From positions 2,905 to 66,904 of the forward strand of contig JAIXQE010000172.1 in assembly GCA_027485815.1 (NCBI GenBank): 64,000 nt of DNA, read 5' to 3'. The notes under the pieces are model-generated. The model searched no databases and was not told the DNA's origin. It saw only the letters and a list, made by a program, of their open reading frames with translations. Within the stretch, counting starts at the first letter, position 1. Each line of letters opens with the position of its first letter. The position numbers and the translations under genes are program-made. Positions 58,238-64,000 of this stretch are shown here, one piece after another. The stretch is from Opitutaceae bacterium (GTDB lineage: Bacteria > Verrucomicrobiota > Verrucomicrobiia > Opitutales > Opitutaceae).

Positions 58238-58609
58238 ATGGACGCCGCCGCCCGCGCCACCCTCGCCGCCCACACGGTCGGCGCCGCGCAACGGCGGCTG
58301 CCGGCCGACCTGCGCGCCCTCGCCCGCGGCGTGCAGGTCCACTACCCTGCCCTTCCCGCGCCGGACGTCCTCCGCGAGGGCTTCCCGCCGGACCTGCTTG
58401 GGTTGTTCACCGGCACCCCGCACGGCGCCGAACTCGCCGAGGCCAACCCCACCCCGCCCCAGATCCTGCTCTACCTCGACAACCTCTGGGACTTCGCCGG
58501 CGGCGATCCGGAGACGTTCGCCGAGGAGGTGCGCGTGACCTACCTGCACGAACTCGGCCACTTCCTCGGCTGGGACGAGGACGACCTCGCGGCCCGCGGG
58601 CTGGATTGA
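58238..58609 (+). CDS. zincin-like metallopeptidase family protein (DUF1025-type)
   Basis: The C-terminal motif is VTYLHELGHFLGWDEDDL (HExxH). The size is small, about 120 aa. Confidence 0.7.
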   Translation: MDAAARATLAAHTVGAAQRRLPADLRALARGVQVHYPALPAPDVLREGFPPDLLGLFTGTPHGAELAEANPTPPQILLYLDNLWDFAGGDPETFAEEVRVTYLHELGHFLGWDEDDLAARGLD

Positions 58610-58692
58610 GCGATCCGCGGGGAACCCCGGCCACTCCGCGCTTTCCAACCCCGCCCGACCCTGCATAGTCCCCGCATCCGTTTCCGCCCGTC

Positions 58693-59370
58693 ATGAAGAA
58701 ATTCCTGCTCCTTCCGCTCCTGGCGCTCCTCGCCGCCCTGTCCGCCCGCGCCCAGCCGGCCCGGTCCGAGCTGGTGGCCCGCGTCGAGTCCTGCGAGGCG
58801 ATCCTCCAGGAGTTCCAGTCCCGGCGGCAGCTCGCGATCCCCCCCGCGGTGTGGCAGCGGGCGAAGGCCATCGTGGTGCTCAACCAGTTCAAGGCCGGCT
58901 TCCTGCTCGGGGTGCAGGACGGCTACGGCATCATCATGGTGAAGAAGCCGGACGGCCGCTGGAGCATTCCGGTGATCATCAACGCCAACGAGGCGAGCCT
59001 CGGTTTCCAGCTCGGCGCCAAGGCGGTCGAGAGCGTCTTCATCATCACCGACGACGCGATGCCGCGGCTCCTGTTCACCCAGCGCTTCAACATCGGCGTC
59101 GACGCCAAGGCGGTCGCCGGTCCGCGGGCGGCGGAATCCGAGCGGATCAACGAGAACCTCCTCCGCACCCCGATGCTCGCCTACACCAAGGCGGTCGGCC
59201 TCTACGCCGGGGCGACGGTCAAGGCCGGGCACATCTCGCGCAACGACAAGGCCAACTTCGCGCTCTACAACACCCGCTACACGATGCCGGAGCTGCTCTA
59301 CAGCGACTGGGTGACGCCCCCCGCCGAGGTGCAGCCGATCATGGCGCTGGTGCAGTCGCTGGCGCCCTGA
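58693..59370 (+). CDS. SYLF (Ysc84/DUF500) lipid-binding domain protein, secreted
   Basis: Signal peptide MKKFLLLPLLALLAALSARA. Also AKAIVVLNQFKAGFLLGVQDGYGIIMVK and ASLGFQLGAKAVESVFII. Confidence 0.8.
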   Translation: MKKFLLLPLLALLAALSARAQPARSELVARVESCEAILQEFQSRRQLAIPPAVWQRAKAIVVLNQFKAGFLLGVQDGYGIIMVKKPDGRWSIPVIINANEASLGFQLGAKAVESVFIITDDAMPRLLFTQRFNIGVDAKAVAGPRAAESERINENLLRTPMLAYTKAVGLYAGATVKAGHISRNDKANFALYNTRYTMPELLYSDWVTPPAEVQPIMALVQSLAP

Positions 59371-59851
59371 GGAATTCGAGGAGCAGCGCGAGGGCGGCCT
59401 CCGCCACCGCCTGCTGCGCCTCCTGCCGGTTCCGGCCCGGAAACTCCACCCGCCGCTGCCCGAGGACGCTCGGCCCCCCGGGACCGCCCGCGGCGACCGC
59501 CAGCCACGCGTGCGGATGCGCGACCCCCCGCGCCGGCGCCGGCTCCGCGTAACCCGTCGTCGCCACCCCGAGGTCCGCCCCGAACAGCCGGCAGACGCCC
59601 ACGGCCATCTCGGCGGCCACCTGCGCCGAAACGCCGTCCACCGTGGTCGCGTGGGCGGCGTCAACCCCCAGCAGGCGCGCCTTCTGCGGGACGGTGTAGG
59701 CGCAGACCCCGCCGAGGAAACACGCCGAGGCCCCCGAGACCCCCGTGATCAGCGCCTGCAGGCGGCCCCCGGTGAGGCTCTCGGCCACGGCGAGGGTGCG
59801 GCGGGGCGGGCCCAGCAGGCGGATCCGGACTTCCTCGGCGGGGGCGCTCAT
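59339..59851 (-). CDS. CinA-family nicotinamide-nucleotide amidohydrolase (PncC-like domain)
   Basis: LAVAESLTGGRLQALITGVSGASACFLGGVCAYT and ADLGVATTGYAEP. The ATG overlaps the xth stop (ATGA at 59848..59851). Confidence 0.85.
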   Translation of the reverse strand: MSAPAEEVRIRLLGPPRRTLAVAESLTGGRLQALITGVSGASACFLGGVCAYTVPQKARLLGVDAAHATTVDGVSAQVAAEMAVGVCRLFGADLGVATTGYAEPAPARGVAHPHAWLAVAAGGPGGPSVLGQRRVEFPGRNRQEAQQAVAEAALALLLEFLRAPATAPAP

Positions 59852-60603
59852 CGGAGTTCCACCCCGACCGGGCAATGGTCGCTGCCGGTAACGTGTGGCT
59901 CGATCCACGCCCGCCGCAGCCGCGGACGCAGCGCGGCGCTCGCGAGGCAGTAGTCGATCCGCCACCCGATGTTCCGCTCCCGCGCGCCCGCCCGGTAGGT
60001 CCACCAGCTGTAGTGGCCCGGACCGCGCTCAAATTCCCGGAAGGTGTCGATGAAACCCGCCGCGAGGAAATCCCGGAAACCCGTGCGCTCCTCGTCGGAA
60101 AACCCCGGGTTGCCCACGTTCTCCTTCGGCCGCGCGAGGTCGATCTCCTCGTGCGCCACGTTGAGGTCGCCGCAGAAGATCACCGGCTTGCGCCGCTCCA
60201 GCTTCCGCACGTAAGCCAGCAGCGCCCGGTCCCACGCCTGACGGAACGCCAGCCGCGCCAGCTCCGGCTGCGCGTTCGGGGTGTAGACGCCCACCACGAA
60301 GCACTCGTCCAATTCCACCGTCACCGCCCGGCCCTCCTGGTCGTGCTCGGGCGAACCGATGCCGAGCGTGACCGACAGCGGGGGGCGACGGGCGAGGATG
60401 GCGGTCCCGCTGTAACCCTTCTTCTCAGCGGCGTTCCAGATCACCTCGTAGCCGGCGGGCCATTCGACGTGCTGGACGTCGCCGCGCACGGCCTTGACCT
60501 CCTGGAGGCAGATGACGTCGGCCTGCGCGGCCCGCATCCATTCGAGCAGGCCCTTGCCGAGGGCGGCGCGCACGCCGTTCACGTTCCAGGAAAGCAGCTT
60601 CAT
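59848..60603 (-). CDS. xth: exodeoxyribonuclease III
   Basis: MKLLSWNVNGVRAA, ADVICLQEVK, FCGDLNVAHEEIDL, WWTYR, RIDY and SDHCPVGVEL. Only the last 251 codons of track ORF 59848..63315 are real. Confidence 0.95.
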   Translation of the reverse strand: MKLLSWNVNGVRAALGKGLLEWMRAAQADVICLQEVKAVRGDVQHVEWPAGYEVIWNAAEKKGYSGTAILARRPPLSVTLGIGSPEHDQEGRAVTVELDECFVVGVYTPNAQPELARLAFRQAWDRALLAYVRKLERRKPVIFCGDLNVAHEEIDLARPKENVGNPGFSDEERTGFRDFLAAGFIDTFREFERGPGHYSWWTYRAGARERNIGWRIDYCLASAALRPRLRRAWIEPHVTGSDHCPVGVELR

Positions 60604-60714
60604 CGCGTTCCACTCAGAGGCGGCCGGCGGCGGGCCCGCAACCCGTTTCCATCCCGGCACGCCACAAGCCGGTGTTGCCAGCGGCGGCGGCGCCCCAAAG
60701 CTCCGCACCCGCCC

Positions 60715-62241
60715 GTGAGCTCCGTCTTCCCTCCCCTGCCGCTCGGCCAGCGCATCCCCGACCGCCCCCACGCGGTATCGTGCAGCCTGCCGACGATGCG
60801 CGACGTGCGCGGCTACGAGGAGAAGGATCCCGTCACGCTGAGCCAGCTCACGTCGGGTTACCCGCGGTTCGTCGTGCACCCGTGGCTGCGGCTGCTCGCG
60901 GCCCACCTCGGGATGGTCGACCCGGCGATCGGGCCCGACCGGACGTTGTGGCTGGTCTCCTCGGCCCGGATGGCGCGGGACTTGGCCGCGCACCTCGGGG
61001 CCGGCGCGGAGGCGCGCCCGTGCGCGGCGGACGGCATCCACGGGGTCCACCACCGTCCCGACCCGGAGGTCGCCCGCGCGGCCAAGCTGTACCTGCAGCA
61101 CGTCGGCGGCTTCCTCTCCTCGCGCGCCGCGGAAGAGCGGCTGGTCCGGCTGGGCCACCTGCCGGCGGTCGAAGCCGAGGAACTCTTCGCCGGCGACGCC
61201 CTCGGCGAGGTCCGCCGCCGCCTTCGCGCCGCCCTCCCGGGCGCGGCCGACGCCGACCTCTTTCCGGCCGCCTGCGGCATGAACGCCGTCTGGGCCGCCT
61301 TCCGGGCCGTGTCCGACCTGCAGGCCGCCCGGGGGCGCACCGCCTGGCTCCAGCTCGGCTGGCTGTACCTCGATACCATCGCGCTGCTCCGGAAATTCAC
61401 GGGCGGGCCGGCGGATTACCTGCCCGTACGCGATGTCCTCGACCTCCCCGGGCTGGAACGGCTGTTCGCCACCCACGGCTCGCGCCTCGCCGGGGTGATG
61501 GTCGAGGTGCCCACCAACCCCCTCATCCAGACCCCCGACCTGCCTGCGCTCGCGGAGCTCTGCCGCCGCCACGGCGTGAGGCTGGTCGCCGATCCCTCGC
61601 TGGCCTCGGTCTTCAGCGTCAACGTGCTGCCGCACGCGGACCTGGTCGTAACGAGCCTGACCAAGTACGCCGCCGGCGAGGGCGATCTGGTGGCTGGGTT
61701 GGTGGCGGTGAACCCCGCGGGGCCGGACGCCGCGGAATTGCGGGCGCGCGTGGCCGCCGCGCTCGAGCCGGTGCACCCGCGCGAACTCGCCCGGCTCGCG
61801 GCCCAGATCGGCCAGGCCCCGGACCTTGTGCGGCGGATCGAGGAGAACACGGCGGCGGTGGTGGCGTTCCTGCGCACGCATCCGGCGGTACGGGAGGTCC
61901 ATTGGGCGCTGCAGGAGGGTTCGGCGGATAACTACCGGCGCCTCGCCCGGCGGCCGACCGCGACCGGCGGGATGATCACCTTCACCCTCCGCCGGCCCGG
62001 CGCCCTCGACGCCTGCTACGACGCCCTCCGCCTGCCCAAGGGGCCCAGCTTCGGGATGCGCACGACGCTGATCTGCCCGTTCCTCTACCTCGCGCACTAC
62101 GACCTGGTGACGACCCCCGCGGGCCGCGCCGAGCTCGCCGCCAACGGCCTCGACCCCGACCTGCTCCGGCTCTGCTGCGGCACCGAGCCGGCGGCGGAGA
62201 TCATCGGCGCCCTCCGCGAGGCGCTCGACCTCGTCGCCTGA
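60715..62241 (+). CDS. PLP-dependent transferase, Cys/Met-metabolism (cystathionine gamma-synthase-like) family
   Basis: A GTG start gives VSSVFPPLPLGQRIPDRPHAVSCSLPTMRDVRGYEE. Also VEVPTNPLIQTPDL and the PLP lysine in VVTSLTKYAAGEGD. Confidence 0.7.
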   Translation: MSSVFPPLPLGQRIPDRPHAVSCSLPTMRDVRGYEEKDPVTLSQLTSGYPRFVVHPWLRLLAAHLGMVDPAIGPDRTLWLVSSARMARDLAAHLGAGAEARPCAADGIHGVHHRPDPEVARAAKLYLQHVGGFLSSRAAEERLVRLGHLPAVEAEELFAGDALGEVRRRLRAALPGAADADLFPAACGMNAVWAAFRAVSDLQAARGRTAWLQLGWLYLDTIALLRKFTGGPADYLPVRDVLDLPGLERLFATHGSRLAGVMVEVPTNPLIQTPDLPALAELCRRHGVRLVADPSLASVFSVNVLPHADLVVTSLTKYAAGEGDLVAGLVAVNPAGPDAAELRARVAAALEPVHPRELARLAAQIGQAPDLVRRIEENTAAVVAFLRTHPAVREVHWALQEGSADNYRRLARRPTATGGMITFTLRRPGALDACYDALRLPKGPSFGMRTTLICPFLYLAHYDLVTTPAGRAELAANGLDPDLLRLCCGTEPAAEIIGALREALDLVA

Positions 62242-62245
62242 GCCC

Positions 62246-62527
62246 GTGCCGCCCGCCTGCCTGCTCCCGGTCAAGGTGATCCCCAACGCGCCGCGCACGG
62301 CCGTCGCCGGCTGGCTGGGCGACGCCCTCAAGGTGCGCGTCCAGGCCCCGCCGGTCGAGGGTCGGGCCAACGCCGCGCTCTGCGCCGGCCTCGCCGAACG
62401 GCTGGGTCTCCCCGGCGCCGCGGTCAGCGTGGCCCGCGGCGCCACCGCGAGCCGCAAGCTGGTCCATATCGCGGGCCTCGACCTCGCGACCGTCCGCCAA
62501 CGCCTCGCCGCGGCGGAAAACCCGTGA
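62246..62527 (+). CDS. DUF167 (YggU) family protein
   Basis: LPVKVIPNAPRTAVAGWLGDALKVRVQAPPVEGRANAAL...ASRKLVHI. GTG start, 4 nt after the preceding stop. Confidence 0.75.
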   Translation: MPPACLLPVKVIPNAPRTAVAGWLGDALKVRVQAPPVEGRANAALCAGLAERLGLPGAAVSVARGATASRKLVHIAGLDLATVRQRLAAAENP

Positions 62528-62577
62528 CGCCCGGTTGCACCTTTCGCCCGCCCGGGCTTTCCTCCCCGCCTTCCGCC

Positions 62578-63519
62578 ATGCGCCTCCTCCGCCCCACCCT
62601 GCCCTGCCTCGCCGCGGCCCTGTTGGCCGCCCTCCCCGCCTTCGCCCAACCCATCACGGGGAGCGCAGGGAGCGGGAGCGGCCCTGGCGGGCGGCCGGCC
62701 GCGGCGCGCATCGGCCTCACGGTGGATGCCGCCGTCACGGGCCGGGTGGATTTCAGCGCGGCGGGCCGACCCGCGGGGGACATGGCAGTCACTCAGACGG
62801 GCGCGAAGCTCTCCGTGCCCCTGCCGCCGCTGGGCGGCGGATGGTTTCCACTGCTGAGTCTGCGCTACCGGCACCACGACCTCGACACCGCGGCGGGCAC
62901 GCCGCTGCCGCAGCATTTCCAGGGGCTGAGTGCCGGGCTGGGCGTCTTTGGCAACCTGAGTCCCGAGTGGAGCCTGTTCGCCAGCGTGAGCCCGGGGGTC
63001 GCCAACGCCGGCAGCGGCTTCACCTCCAAGGGGCTGAGCGTGGGCGTCATCGCGATCGCCAGCCGCAAGTTCGGCCAAGATTTCAGCGCGGGCGCGGGCT
63101 TCGTGTTCGACTCCCTCGCGCGTGGCTCGGGCCGCCTGATGCCGGTGGCGACCTTCGACTGGAACCCGGGACCGGGCTGGAAGGTGTGGGTCGGCTACCC
63201 GCGCACCGGCGTCTCCTGGCAGGCGAACGACGCCCTCAAGGCCGAATTCGTCGCCGAGGCGGATTTCGGCTCGTTCTACGTCACGGAGGATCCGCGGACG
63301 CCGCGGCCCGGCCAAGTGCGGCTGGACCGGACGCGCCTCGAGTACCGGGCGGTGCGGGTGGGCCCGGCCGTCACCTGGAAACCGGATCCCCTCGTCAGCC
63401 TGCGCGTGGCCGCCGGCGTGGTGCCGATGGTGCGGGCCGATTACGAGGCGCGGAACTACGAGCTGCGTTCGGAGAAGGCCACCGGCTTCGCCAGCCTCGA
63501 GCTCGACTGGCGCTTCTGA
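62578..63519 (+). CDS. putative outer-membrane beta-barrel protein
   Basis: ATG 62578 gives the signal peptide MRLLRPTLPCLAAALLAALPAFAQ. The body has an alternating beta-strand pattern, and the C-terminus is ASLELDWRF. I cannot name the family. Confidence 0.5.
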   Translation: MRLLRPTLPCLAAALLAALPAFAQPITGSAGSGSGPGGRPAAARIGLTVDAAVTGRVDFSAAGRPAGDMAVTQTGAKLSVPLPPLGGGWFPLLSLRYRHHDLDTAAGTPLPQHFQGLSAGLGVFGNLSPEWSLFASVSPGVANAGSGFTSKGLSVGVIAIASRKFGQDFSAGAGFVFDSLARGSGRLMPVATFDWNPGPGWKVWVGYPRTGVSWQANDALKAEFVAEADFGSFYVTEDPRTPRPGQVRLDRTRLEYRAVRVGPAVTWKPDPLVSLRVAAGVVPMVRADYEARNYELRSEKATGFASLELDWRF

Positions 63520-63533
63520 GCGGCGGCCGGAGG

Positions 63534-63709
63534 CCGGAGGATGGCCACAAAAGGCTCAAAGGGCGCTGGGCGTGGATGACGCTACTGGAGGCGTCCATGG
63601 ACGCCGCGGAGGCTTCACGGCGAGCGCCCGGAGGGGAGAGCTGCAAAGCAAGGCACGAGGCCCTCGGGTTCGTGCGGCTGCGCGGTCGGAGTCCCCTCGG
63701 CTCGAACCC
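63534..63709. repeat. ~176-bp intergenic repeat, copy 1
   Basis: CCGGAGGATGGCCACAAAAGGCTCA...GCGTCCATGGACGC...CACGAGGCCCTCGGGTTCGTGCGGCTGCGCGGTCGGAGTCCCCTCGGCTCGAACCC. It realigns with 63826..64000. Confidence 0.85.
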
Positions 63710-63825
63710 CCGCCTCGGCGGCTCACGCACCTCGGCCCCGCGGCGTCTATGGACGCCACGCACGGCCCCGACCGCGGATTCGACCCTTTGCGCCTTTTGC
63801 GGCCAACCTGCTCCGGACGATCCGA

Positions 63826-64000
63826 CCGGAGGATGGCCACAAAAGGCTCACAGGGCCGCTGGGCCCGGACCAGACGGATGAAGGCGTCCATAGACGCCGC
63901 GGAGATTTTAGGGCGAGCGCCGGGAGGAGAGCTCCAAAGCAAGTCACGAGGCCCTCGGGTTCGTGCGGCTGCGCGGTCGGAGTCGCCTCGGCTCGAACCC
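63826..64000. repeat. ~176-bp intergenic repeat, copy 2 (runs to the window edge)
   Basis: It has the same order of blocks as copy 1, with scattered substitutions and a more divergent segment of about 25 bp after GGCTCA. The period is 292 bp. Confidence 0.85.

Noticed and set aside
60604-63315. The upstream 900 codons of track ORF 59848..63315 (-), fused in frame to xth.
   Set aside because: Only the last 251 codons (from ATG 60603, MKLLSWNVNG...) match exodeoxyribonuclease III. The rest is antisense to the PLP-transferase, DUF167 and OMP genes.
63690-63720. GGCTCGAACCC resembling a tRNA T-arm, suggesting a tRNA fragment or att site.
   Set aside because: I could not fold an acceptor stem, anticodon arm or cloverleaf around it. 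The motif is part of the repeat unit and pairs with GGGTTCG upstream.
63534-64000. The terminal repeats as a CRISPR array.
   Set aside because: The repeat unit is about 176 bp, not 24-48 bp. The copies differ by scattered substitutions, only two are visible, and the window has no cas genes.

Overview
This is a very GC-rich, densely coding chromosomal segment with about 49 CDS on both strands. G/C at third codon positions is so dominant that long spurious antisense ORFs are common. The gene content suggests a Verrucomicrobiota (Opitutaceae-like) genome, but that is an inference and was not searched. The supporting content is a PrsK/PrsR (PEP-CTERM system) two-component pair, a PEP-CTERM-like secreted protein, a DUF1800/DUF1501 pair, TAT-signal Gfo/Idh/MocA oxidoreductases, a PQQ-like beta-propeller, three TonB-dependent receptors, and a large SGNH / dehydrogenase-propeller / HEAT / cupredoxin mosaic protein. 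Housekeeping and metabolic genes I recognise with confidence are GTP-PEPCK, Tex, exodeoxyribonuclease III, CinA-type amidase, glucuronate isomerase and isoaspartyl peptidase. I found no rRNA, tRNA, CRISPR array, transposase, integrase or phage gene. Many track ORFs carry false N-terminal extensions, so I re-set starts to internal ATG/GTG codons that expose signal peptides or conserved N-termini. The best lead is an unannotated, tandemly duplicated cassette at 32.9-34.1 kb. It has two paralogous ribbon-helix-helix proteins, each paired with an oppositely oriented small Arg-rich ORF below the track cut-off, plus operator-like palindromes and atypical codon usage. Other leads: back-to-back sigma-54-type promoters beside a non-canonical PEP-CTERM gene, 6 kb from prsKR; a 23-bp palindromic element (CCGCGG-CTGCAG-CCGCGG core) found three times in intergenic DNA; a GGAGG-rich tandem repeat; and a ~175-bp repeat family at the right edge of the window. 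All family assignments come from motifs read by eye and need HMM/BLAST confirmation.
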